A stretch of DNA of 24,000 bases, taken from positions 1,246,738-1,270,737 of the forward strand of contig NZ_SMDD01000001.1 in NCBI RefSeq assembly GCF_004343255.1. Reading direction: 5' to 3'. Position 1 is the stretch's first letter, and every line of letters starts with the position of its first letter. The position numbers and the translations under genes were made by a program. Source of the stretch: Laceyella sacchari (lineage in GTDB: Bacteria > Bacillota > Bacilli > Thermoactinomycetales > Thermoactinomycetaceae). This document shows, piece after piece, positions 7,715 through 15,000 of this stretch. Below the pieces are notes generated by a model. That model saw only the letters and a program-made list of their open reading frames with translations. It made no database searches and was not told the origin of the DNA.

Positions 7715-7745
7715 CCAGGTGCAATTGCACGTGGTTTTTTTGTTG
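7715..7745 (+). terminator. Rho-independent terminator
   Basis: Palindrome GTGCAATTGCAC in a longer stem followed by a run of T (GTGGTTTTTTTTG). Confidence 0.65.
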
Positions 7746-7855
7746 TTATTTTTTCATCCATCTTTGTTGATATTATCATCAATGAGAGATGAGCAATTAA
7801 AGTGCAAATAAAATCCTCCCGACCCTGGATGATCGAGAGGAACGAAATTGCGCGC

Positions 7856-8074
7856 TTAGTTATTTTTTCGATAAATGATACACTCAATGCCGCGTCCAGA
7901 CGGAATAAAATGTACTTCCCCATCTGTTAGTTCCACTATCACACTACCACCAACACCGCGCTTGACTTGTTGCCCCTTTTTTTCCTCTTCAGCTGCGATC
8001 CGATTGAGCTCACTTGGGATAGTAACAACATCGAAAATCCGGCGGAACAAGTATTCTTCGATTTTTGTCATCAT
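7856..8074 (-). CDS. Hypothetical protein (72 aa)
   Basis: MMTKIEEYLFRRIFDVVTIPSELNRIAAEEEKKGQQVKRGVGGSVIVELTDGEVHFIPSGRGIECIIYRKNN. GGGAGGA Shine-Dalgarno. Start reset from 8092 to 8074. Confidence 0.6.
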   Translation of the reverse strand: MMTKIEEYLFRRIFDVVTIPSELNRIAAEEEKKGQQVKRGVGGSVIVELTDGEVHFIPSGRGIECIIYRKNN

Positions 8075-8154
8075 ATTTGCTCTTCCTCCCACTCTTTTTT
8101 TAGTGCGGCGCAGATATTTTTTATGATTTGAAAAAGAGTGACTTTTGTTGTCAT
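8071..8154 (-). CDS. Small protein (27 aa) coupled to the downstream ORF
   Basis: GAGGAGAAGAG Shine-Dalgarno then ATG: MTTKVTLFQIIKNICAALKKEWEEEQI. Its TGA overlaps the ATG of the next gene. Confidence 0.4.
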   Translation of the reverse strand: MTTKVTLFQIIKNICAALKKEWEEEQI

Positions 8155-8223
8155 CTTTGCTCTTCTCCTCTCAGCAAGTATAATTAGGAGATAGTACGTT
8201 TTCTCAAACTCTGTTTGACTTTG

Positions 8224-8252
8224 CCCCCGGTTGCCTGCCGGGGGTTCTTTCG
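8224..8252 (+). terminator. Terminator-like hairpin
   Basis: CCCCCGG / CCGGGGG (8224-8230 / 8238-8244) followed by TTCTTT. Confidence 0.45.
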
Positions 8253-8279
8253 TTCGGCTCTAACCAGGTTGTCTGCAGA

Positions 8280-8555
8280 CTATATTTGATCATTCTGATC
8301 TATTCCAACCATCTTTTCAATTTCTTTTCTAATTTCTGCTGATAGACGAGATAATTGATCATAGAGATTTCGATATTCATCTAATAGTGGAATAATTTTT
8401 TCAAGTGATTCAAGATGAATTGGAGAGTGATACCCTTCTATTCTAAGCTGTTTGTGAATCAGTTCAACTTCTTTTGAAAATTTTTTGCTATTAAGCGGGG
8501 AAAATCCGCGTTTTGACGGCGGAACCCCTATTAGGTGGTTCGAGTATTTCAACAA
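8280..8555 (-). CDS. Hypothetical coiled-coil-like protein, start uncertain
   Basis: ORF track; 'ELIHKQLRIEGYHSPIHLESLEKIIPLLDEYRNLYDQLSRLSAEIRKEIEKMVGID'. Its N-terminal part overlaps the GIY-YIG ORF, so the true start is probably internal. Confidence 0.4.
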   Translation of the reverse strand: MLKYSNHLIGVPPSKRGFSPLNSKKFSKEVELIHKQLRIEGYHSPIHLESLEKIIPLLDEYRNLYDQLSRLSAEIRKEIEKMVGIDQNDQI

Positions 8556-8991
8556 AGAATTTTCTCAAGTTTACTGGGCTCGCAGGGTTTCCTGACCTTA
8601 CATAGTTGTCTGTATAAACTTTAAACCTCATTCGATTTTTTTCTTCTTCAGAAATAGGATTGAATTTACGGTAATAACTTTCGTAGCTCTTCATACGCCA
8701 ATAATCCGTGTTGTATCCCTTTTCTGAGTCAAATACATCGAATAGGTAAGCATAGTATCCTTCTCGATCATCCAACTGGTCTACTGTGCATTCTTCCAGG
8801 ACTTCATAAGCAAAGCTTTCTTTTCCGTGTTTCTCCAAGTCCTCTTTCATTTTTTTGTAGGTATCTGAATATGTGTGCTTGGAACGTATATTTGTGAAGT
8901 GTTGTTTAATTCTTTCCTCAATGTTCTTACTCTGCCCCACATAACTTCTGCCAGTTACTTTGTTGTAAAAACGATAGATGCCCACTGTCAT
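8491..8991 (-). CDS. GIY-YIG endonuclease
   Basis: 'GIYRFYNKVTGRSYVGQSKNIEERIKQHFTNIRSKHTYSDTYKKMKEDLEKHGKESFAYEVLEE' has the GIY...YVG core, conserved R and downstream E. Confidence 0.9.
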   Translation of the reverse strand: MTVGIYRFYNKVTGRSYVGQSKNIEERIKQHFTNIRSKHTYSDTYKKMKEDLEKHGKESFAYEVLEECTVDQLDDREGYYAYLFDVFDSEKGYNTDYWRMKSYESYYRKFNPISEEEKNRMRFKVYTDNYVRSGNPASPVNLRKFFVEILEPPNRGSAVKTRIFPA

Positions 8992-8998
8992 TGATGCC

Positions 8999-9214
8999 TT
9001 ACTCCCTCGTTTTTCCTTTCTCTTCCTCCAATCGTTTCTTCAGTTGCTCTTTACCTAATGCGAGCAATAGCGAAAAAAATTCACTTTGGCTCATGCCTTG
9101 GCGTCGTGCAACAGTAAATTCCTCGATGAAATGATCGATTTCATCCCATTCGGATGGAGTTAGATCAATAAAGCTACGCTCTTTATTGCCACGCCGTTGG
9201 CGCTTACGTTCCAC
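8999..9214 (-). CDS. Small basic/acidic protein upstream of GIY-YIG gene, possibly ribbon-helix-helix-like regulator
   Basis: GTG start after AAGGGGG Shine-Dalgarno: (M/V)ERKRQRRGNKERSFIDLTPSEWDEIDHFIEEFTVARRQGMSQSEFFSLLLALGKEQLKKRLEEEKGKTRE. Stop is within 8 nt of the GIY-YIG start. Confidence 0.55.
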   Translation of the reverse strand: MERKRQRRGNKERSFIDLTPSEWDEIDHFIEEFTVARRQGMSQSEFFSLLLALGKEQLKKRLEEEKGKTRE

Positions 9215-9246
9215 AAATTCACCCCCTTTAATTACATCATATCTTA

Positions 9247-9275
9247 ATTATGGTATACCATGGATACCATGTCAA
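9247..9275 (-). promoter_or_regulatory. Promoter with palindromic operator between -35 and -10
   Basis: Minus strand TTGACA (9275-9270), 17 nt, CATAAT (9252-9247). Palindrome ATGGTATACCAT at 9250-9261 with a partial second copy of GGTATCC in the spacer. Confidence 0.75.
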
Positions 9276-9526
9276 CCTTTTTTTCAGAAGAGTTAAAAAG
9301 AAAATAAAGAGACACCCCACAACGGGGGCCAGCGGTTTATGTAATCAAACGTATAACTGCTCTATAAACTCCTCTTGAGATATAATCAAATCATATTGTT
9401 TATGTCCTAATTTATCAAAAGCCTTTATAAGATAATTTACATATCGGGAGACTTTCCTTACAAACGGCACATTGAATTATCGTTTTGTCTTTGTTGAATT
9501 GGGAAGGCTTGATGATTGTGACGAAA

Positions 9527-10117
9527 TCAGTTTTCTCCATTTTTTCTGTTCTCCTTTTGGAGTTCACGATATAGAGCGGCGCGGCTAACTTTGGTGATTT
9601 CGCAGATCTCCCGGATCGTGAGGCCGTTCTGGTCGCGTTCTTTGGCCAATTTGAGGGCGTGCTGCATCCCCTTGTGCTTGTCGGTGTAAGTCCGTGGACG
9701 ACCTTTGTATACTCCACGCTTTTTGGCCAGTTCGATCCCGGCGCGTTGTCGCTCTTTCAGGCGTTTGACTTCAAATTCAGCAACAGCGGCGAAAATCCGG
9801 AAGATCAATTCACCGGCAGGGGTGGAGGTGTCGACGTTCATGTCCAACATGACCACATCGACCTGCTTGGCTTTGAGCTCTTCCATCAGCTTCAGGGCAT
9901 CTAGAAGGTTGCGGGCGAAACGGTCAAGCTTGGTAAAAACAATTTTGTCACCAGGTTGGGCGTCATCGATCAACTGGCGAAGAACTTTCCGCTCATCCAA
10001 TTTGGTGCCTGTCACCTTTTCCTGATAGATCTTGTCAACACCGTATCGCTGCAACTCCAGGATCTGAGCTTCGAGCTCTTGGTCTACCGTGGAGACGCGA
10101 GCGTATCCATAGATCAC
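9527..10117 (-). CDS. Serine recombinase, resolvase/invertase family
   Basis: 'MIYGYARVSTVDQELEAQILELQRYGVDKIYQEKVTG...FTKLDRFARNLLDAL...GELIFRIFAAVAEFEVKRLKERQRAGIELAKKRG...GRP' plus C-terminal HTH 'LTIREICEITKVSRAALYRELQ'. GTG start with AGGAGG Shine-Dalgarno. Confidence 0.95.
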   Translation of the reverse strand: MIYGYARVSTVDQELEAQILELQRYGVDKIYQEKVTGTKLDERKVLRQLIDDAQPGDKIVFTKLDRFARNLLDALKLMEELKAKQVDVVMLDMNVDTSTPAGELIFRIFAAVAEFEVKRLKERQRAGIELAKKRGVYKGRPRTYTDKHKGMQHALKLAKERDQNGLTIREICEITKVSRAALYRELQKENRKNGEN

Positions 10118-10148
10118 GCAAAACCACCTCCTATTTTGGGATATGTAT

Positions 10149-10197
10149 TTGGGACACTCTCAACACTGATTGTACCGCGTTTTAAAAAGTGTCTCAA
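10149..10197. promoter_or_regulatory. Possible resolvase binding site: imperfect inverted repeat
   Basis: TTGGGACACT (10149-10158) and AGTGTCTCAA (10188-10197), inverted with one mismatch, immediately upstream of the resolvase. Confidence 0.4.
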
Positions 10198-10215
10198 GTG
10201 GGTCTACCCAATTGA

Positions 10216-10426
10216 GATAAAAAACAATTTGACGTTCCTGCTGAACAATCTGTAAAAGCAGATCGTTTCGATATTAAATTACATCATCCTTACGTTGGGG
10301 AAGCGAAAACAGGTGATCTTGCTGGTGTCTATGGTTACGACATCAAATATAAAGGGATTAGTTATGAGCTGGCCTAACTTTTATAATGAGTTGAAACGAT
10401 TTATCAAAACGTCAAAATTGATCTAA
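10216..10426 (+). pseudogene. Decayed RelE/ParE-like toxin (5'-truncated, internally deleted)
   Basis: Open frame DKKQFDVPAEQSVKADRFDIKLHHPYVGEAKTGDLAGVYGYDIKYKGISYELA*, followed in another frame by LYNELKRFIKTSKLI*. Both parts resemble the middle and C-terminal ends ('EPKTGDLAG.YGYD...YELAY', 'FY.ELKR.IK') of small RelE/ParE-family toxins. Confidence 0.45.
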
Positions 10427-10530
10427 ATGACGGTTTATGTGGATGATGGAAGTCCCTGTCTTGTTCAATTAATAGACATGAAAACAGGAACCTGATGAGG
10501 TGGCATAAGTATATGACCAGCTCATAATAT

Positions 10531-10566
10531 AAAAAACTCCTCCGATAAAATCGAAGGAGTTTTTTG
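10531..10566. terminator. Bidirectional intrinsic terminator
   Basis: AAAAAACTCCTCCGATAAAATCGAAGGAGTTTTT: CTCCT/AGGAG stem extended by CGAT/ATCG, with T-runs on both strands. Confidence 0.85.
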
Positions 10567-10750
10567 TGTTATGGATTATTGGCAGGGCGGCGTATCCTGC
10601 ATCTCTGGTGACTTGCCATAAGGATCAACGTGCTGGCAAGCGCGTGGGGAACCTTTCCCACCTCAATAATCCATATTATAGATTACGCCGAAACGGCATT
10701 TTATAGTCCGTTTAGGAAACATTAAACAAGTTGTTCCCTTTGTACTCCGT
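10567..10750 (-). ncRNA. Candidate structured non-coding RNA of unknown family
   Basis: No credible ORF. Minus-strand promoter TTGTAA (10785-10780), 17 nt, TATAAT (10762-10757). Domain 1 closed by GATTACG/CGTAATC, domain 2 closed by ATGGATTATTG/CAATAATCCAT, with several internal hairpins, then terminator 10566-10531. Confidence 0.6.
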
Positions 10751-10756
10751 AATCCC

Positions 10757-10785
10757 ATTATAGGGTAAAAAGCAGATTGTTACAA
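10757..10785 (-). promoter_or_regulatory. Sigma-A-like promoter for the candidate ncRNA
   Basis: -35 TTGTAA, 17-nt spacer, perfect -10 TATAAT. Confidence 0.6.
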
Positions 10786-11190
10786 CTGGTTAAACGGAAT
10801 TAGTCGGCCTGACTTTAAACGTTTTTGCACTTTGATCATACCGTTGTTCAAATCATAAAGGGTAGAAACATACAGATAACCGGATGGATCCAATTTTACA
10901 GCCAATAATAAATGTTCCGAAACTAATTTGATTAATTCAACCGATGTTGAAGGTTCTCTTGGGTTTTGTCCTACATAATCAGGAGACTCAATGATGTCTG
11001 GGATTAGCTCATAGTATTGTTCAAAGATTCCAGGATGTCGCTTTTTTATGTGTTTAATTGCACCAGGGAAAATTTTTACTTCGGCCGATGGACATTGAAT
11101 ATTAAAGTGATCCAATATTTTTTGCGGGAGTATTCCGATGATTTGTGTTTTTTTAGAGTTGGGATTTACGGTAAATTTAGATGTAGACAT
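10780..11190 (-). CDS. Small PBECR-like (phage Barnase-EndoU-ColicinE5/D-RelE superfamily) nuclease candidate
   Basis: 136 aa ORF with 'IKHIKKRHPGIFEQYYELIPDIIESPDYVGQNPREPSTSVELIKLVSEHLLLAVKLDPSGYLYVSTLYDLNNGMIKVQKRLKSGRLIPF', matching by eye the H...H/PDYVG/(L)YVSTLY pattern of PBECR-type domains. Confidence 0.5.
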   Translation of the reverse strand: MSTSKFTVNPNSKKTQIIGILPQKILDHFNIQCPSAEVKIFPGAIKHIKKRHPGIFEQYYELIPDIIESPDYVGQNPREPSTSVELIKLVSEHLLLAVKLDPSGYLYVSTLYDLNNGMIKVQKRLKSGRLIPFNQL

Positions 11191-11380
11191 GTTTACCGCT
11201 CTTTTCTTTATTTAGATGTAATTAGTATAACATGGAGTTATTGGAAGTGGGCAAAAATAAGAAAGTATCAATAAATTTCGTTAAAGCTGATCTGAGTATA
11301 CGGAGCCTTGATTTTTTGGGCAAGGACAAAGGTTAAAATACAGGAAGTTCCAATACCAAAACAAAATTCGGAACAATAAA

Positions 11381-11418
11381 AAATGACTTGGAGTTCCCAT
11401 TTGGACTCAAGTCATTTT
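11381..11418. terminator. Intrinsic terminator between convergent or adjacent genes
   Basis: AAATGACTTG...CAAGTCATTTT inverted repeat. Confidence 0.65.
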
Positions 11419-11468
11419 CCATTTACTGGAGAGATGGCACCAAAATCGGTCTTCGCTCCCTCTACCCC

Positions 11469-12026
11469 TTATTGGTTGACATAGCGTTCACGGTATTCAT
11501 GCTCCAGTATGCTCATGATGATAGAATCGTGATATTGATGATTGTAAAATAACGCCTCGCGTTGCACCCCTTCTTTTTTGAATCCCAATTTCTCATACAA
11601 GTGAATGGCCCGTGCATTGAACGCAAAGACATTTAATTCAATCCGATGCAAATTCAGGACACCAAAAGCATAGTCCAACATAAGTTTCATTGCTTCCGTG
11701 CCATACCCTTTTCCTTGATGTGTGTGGTTTTGGATGGCGATGCGGATATAACAACTACGGTTGATCGGACAGATCTCTAACAACTGGATGTCCCCAATCA
11801 CCTCATCACTTTCAGTTAGGGCAATCAACAGAAGCACCCCGGATGAGTCTTGATTCTTGGCTTCGATATATTGTCGTACTTGTTCCAAGGTAAAGCTTTT
11901 TTGCGTGCCGGTGAGCCGCCTTGTTTCTGAATCAAACAAAAAGCGATGGTACAACTCGGCATCTTCAACACTGACCGGACGCAGATAGACTTGCTTTCCT
12001 TCCAGAAAACGGATAGGTATGTGCAT
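11469..12026 (-). CDS. GNAT family N-acetyltransferase (RimJ/RimL/SpeG-like)
   Basis: 'YLRPVSVEDAELYHRFLFDSETRRLTG...IGDIQLLEICPINRSCYIRIAIQNHTHQGKGYGTEAMKLMLDYAFGVLNLHRIELNVFAFNARAIHLYEKLGFKKEG'. Confidence 0.9.
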   Translation of the reverse strand: MHIPIRFLEGKQVYLRPVSVEDAELYHRFLFDSETRRLTGTQKSFTLEQVRQYIEAKNQDSSGVLLLIALTESDEVIGDIQLLEICPINRSCYIRIAIQNHTHQGKGYGTEAMKLMLDYAFGVLNLHRIELNVFAFNARAIHLYEKLGFKKEGVQREALFYNHQYHDSIIMSILEHEYRERYVNQ

Positions 12027-12357
12027 GGGAATCTTCCTCCTTTAACGATATTCACTATACAGAATCATCATCTTTTTGGAAATGTTTTCGTTGTAAATGG
12101 AAGCGTAGGCATTGTGATAGATGACTTCAAAGCTTCTTAGAAGGCGCTTCCTTTTCACAAGCGACAAGGATAGAATAGTCATTTGTTTATCGCCATTGCC
12201 TTATTTTCATGTGGAAATTGAGGAAGTATAGCAAATAGAGAAATCCTAAACGGTGATTTGCGTTTTTTGATACAATCTTACTTGCACTATAAGATTTGAA
12301 TCAACAAAATCTATCGATCCCGGTCTCGCTTTTATCATGATCGAAAGGATGTAAAGT

Positions 12358-14631
12358 ATGAGCGAATCTCATCAGGAGTATATCGTCATCTCGGGTGCCA
12401 GGGAAAACAATCTCAAAAACGTATCCTTGCGCATTCCTAAGCGAAAAATCACTATTTTTACCGGTGTGTCCGGTTCCGGCAAATCGTCCATTGTTTTTGA
12501 TACCATCGCCGCTGAATCCCAACGCCTGCTGAACGAAAACTTCAGTATGTTCGTCCGTACCTTTCTGCCGCGGGTTCCGCAACCGGATGCAGACGCAATC
12601 GAGAATCTGAGCATGGCTGTGATTGTGGATCAGAAGCGGCTGGGTGGCGGTTCTCATTCCACTGTTGGTACGATTACGGATATTTCTCCCATTCTCCGTC
12701 TGCTTTTCTCCCGAGTGGGACAACCTTATATTGGACAACCGCACATGTTCTCGTTTAACGATCCTCAAGGCATGTGTCCCGAGTGCAATGGGATCGGTCG
12801 CAAACTGAGCGTTGATATGAGTAAAGCGCTGGACATGTCAAAATCACTGAATGAAGGGGCGATTTTGCTACCGGACTATTCAGTGAACAGCTGGGAATGG
12901 AATATCATCGCACAGACGGGAGAATTTGATCTCGACAAGAAGCTGAGCGATTATTCGGATGAAGAATTGGAGCGCTTGCTATACGCCAAAGCAAGAAAAG
13001 TAAAAATGGATTTTGCAGGCAAGGCGACTAATATTACAGTGGAAGGTGTCATTGAAAAGTTCACCAACAAATACATTAAGCAAGATGTGAAAACCAAATC
13101 CGAGCGTACACAAAAAGCTGTGGCGCCTTTTATTACTGAGGGGATCTGTCCCAGTTGCCATGGCGCGAGACTCAGTCAAGCCGCTCTCAGTTGCAAGATC
13201 AACGGTCTCAACATTGCGGATTTGTCCGCCATGGAAGTGGGACAGCTCATCCATACCATCCGGGAAATCGACGATCCGGTTGCCGCTCCTATTGTCAAGT
13301 CGCTGACGGAACGGTTGCAACATCTGGTGGATATCGGGCTTGACTACTTGACGCTGGATCGCGAGACGGATACATTGTCCGGCGGTGAGTCGCAACGTGT
13401 GAAGATGGTGAAACACTTAAGCGGCAGTCTGGTGGATGTCACTTACATTTTTGATGAACCCAGTGTCGGTTTGCACCCCCGTGATGTGCATCGATTAAAT
13501 GGGTTACTTCAGAAGTTGCGTGACAAGGGCAATACGGTGATTGTTGTTGAGCACGATCCCGATGTGATTAAGGTAGCGGATCATATCGTCGACGTCGGGC
13601 CTCATGCCGGTAGTCGCGGTGGCACCATCGTGTATGAAGGGAGTTTCCAAGGTCTGCTGGAGTCCGGCACACTGACAGGAACCTATATGAAACGGCCATT
13701 TCAGCTGAAGCACGATTGCAGGCAACCATCCGGTAAGCTGTCCATCAAGGATGCCACACTTCACAACCTGCGGAAGGTGAGTGTAAATATTCCGACCGGA
13801 GTGCTGACAGTAGTTACAGGGGTCGCCGGATCAGGCAAGAGCACACTGATTAACAAGGTATTTCTCAGCCAGCATCCGGATGCGATCGTCATCGACCAAT
13901 CGGCGGTAGGCGTATCGACACGCTCAAACCCCGCAACCTATACAGGCATTATGGATGATGTGCGCAAGGCGTTTGCTTCTGCGAACAAGGTCAGCCCAGG
14001 CTTGTTTAGCTTTAACTCTAAGGGAGCTTGTGAGAACTGCAAAGGGTTGGGAGTTGTATATACCGACCTTGCATTCCTCGACAGTGTGAAGTTACCATGC
14101 GAAAAATGCGGAGGCAAACGATTTAAGGATGAGGTACTCGCATACAAATTCAACGGCAAATCCATCGCTGAAGTGCTAGAGATGACTGTAGAGCAGGCAT
14201 TGGAATTCTTTCACCTCAAAGAGGTTGTGCGTAAGCTCCAGACGTTGAGCGATGTGGGGCTGAACTATATTACACTCGGACAACCACTCAGTACGCTCTC
14301 GGGTGGGGAATGTCAGCGCATCAAGCTGGCAAGCGAATTGCATAAAAAGGGCAACATCTATGTGATGGACGAGCCGACGACCGGCCTGCACATGTCAGAT
14401 ATCGGTCATCTGTTGGGGATCATGAACCGTCTCGTGGATGCCGGTAATACGGTGATTGTTATCGAACACAACCTCGATGTAATCAGCCAAGCGGACTGGA
14501 TTATCGATATGGGACCAGACGGAGGCAGCAAAGGGGGACAGGTGGTGTTTGAGGGCACCCCTTCGCAGATAATTCATGCGGAACAGTCGATCACTGGAAA
14601 ATACTTAAGCAATGCATTAAGTTCATTTTAA
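12358..14631 (+). CDS. Short UvrA-family ABC ATPase (UvrA2/DrrC-like)
   Basis: 757 aa with two ABC cassettes: 'GVSGSGKSSIVFDT', 'DTLSGGESQRVKMVKHL', 'GVAGSGKSTLINKVF', 'STLSGGECQRIKLASELH', plus zinc-finger motifs 'CPECNGIG', 'CPSCHG', 'CENCKG...CEKCGG'. Length is well below canonical UvrA (about 940 aa). Confidence 0.92.
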   Translation: MSESHQEYIVISGARENNLKNVSLRIPKRKITIFTGVSGSGKSSIVFDTIAAESQRLLNENFSMFVRTFLPRVPQPDADAIENLSMAVIVDQKRLGGGSHSTVGTITDISPILRLLFSRVGQPYIGQPHMFSFNDPQGMCPECNGIGRKLSVDMSKALDMSKSLNEGAILLPDYSVNSWEWNIIAQTGEFDLDKKLSDYSDEELERLLYAKARKVKMDFAGKATNITVEGVIEKFTNKYIKQDVKTKSERTQKAVAPFITEGICPSCHGARLSQAALSCKINGLNIADLSAMEVGQLIHTIREIDDPVAAPIVKSLTERLQHLVDIGLDYLTLDRETDTLSGGESQRVKMVKHLSGSLVDVTYIFDEPSVGLHPRDVHRLNGLLQKLRDKGNTVIVVEHDPDVIKVADHIVDVGPHAGSRGGTIVYEGSFQGLLESGTLTGTYMKRPFQLKHDCRQPSGKLSIKDATLHNLRKVSVNIPTGVLTVVTGVAGSGKSTLINKVFLSQHPDAIVIDQSAVGVSTRSNPATYTGIMDDVRKAFASANKVSPGLFSFNSKGACENCKGLGVVYTDLAFLDSVKLPCEKCGGKRFKDEVLAYKFNGKSIAEVLEMTVEQALEFFHLKEVVRKLQTLSDVGLNYITLGQPLSTLSGGECQRIKLASELHKKGNIYVMDEPTTGLHMSDIGHLLGIMNRLVDAGNTVIVIEHNLDVISQADWIIDMGPDGGSKGGQVVFEGTPSQIIHAEQSITGKYLSNALSSF

Positions 14632-14689
14632 GAAAAACAGATGAAAGAGAAGGCAACCTGTGATGAATGGTTGCCTTCCCTCGGATGAT

Positions 14690-15000
14690 TCAGTTTTTGT
14701 TGTTCTTCCAAGCCAATCGGTCATATTGCATTCTGAACAGTTTGATAAGTTGAGGGAGATCTTGTTCTCCTTTAATCCAAAAACTCACACCCGAATCAGG
14801 AACGACATGCGGTTCAGCCACCCCGGAAGCAACGAGCTCGTTGCGAATCGATTTGGGAAACAGGAAATCAGCGTGTTTTTCACCGTGCAGATGACCCAAC
14901 TCTTTGTTCTGATAACAAAATTCTACGCCTCCAAACCGGTGGACATGTTCGGTACACCATCCCAGCTGAGCAATTCACGTCTCAACGCTTCGAGTATCAT
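14690..15000 (-). pseudogene. Luciferase-domain (DUF5519-like) protein gene split by a frameshift
   Basis: AAGGAGG Shine-Dalgarno then MILEALRRELLSWDGV; a one-base shift near 14951-14957 then gives TEHVHRFGGVEFCYQNKELGHLHGEKHADFLFPKSIRNELVASGVAEPHVVPDSGVSFWIKGEQDLPQLIKLFRMQYDRLAWKNNKN. Confidence 0.6.

Noticed and set aside
9527-10117. IS607-type or large serine integrase transposase
   Set aside because: The protein is a short resolvase/invertase with catalytic N-terminus and C-terminal HTH, without an N-terminal MerR-like domain, TnpB partner or large C-terminal extension.
10531-10750. Type III toxin-antitoxin RNA (ToxI-like)
   Set aside because: There are no tandem short repeats, and the RNA lies downstream rather than upstream of the nuclease-like gene with its own promoter. 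A different relationship is still possible.
12301-14577. Many antisense ORFs inside the UvrA-like gene
   Set aside because: The sense frame is strongly supported by full-length conserved motifs; the antisense ORFs are short by-products of codon usage.
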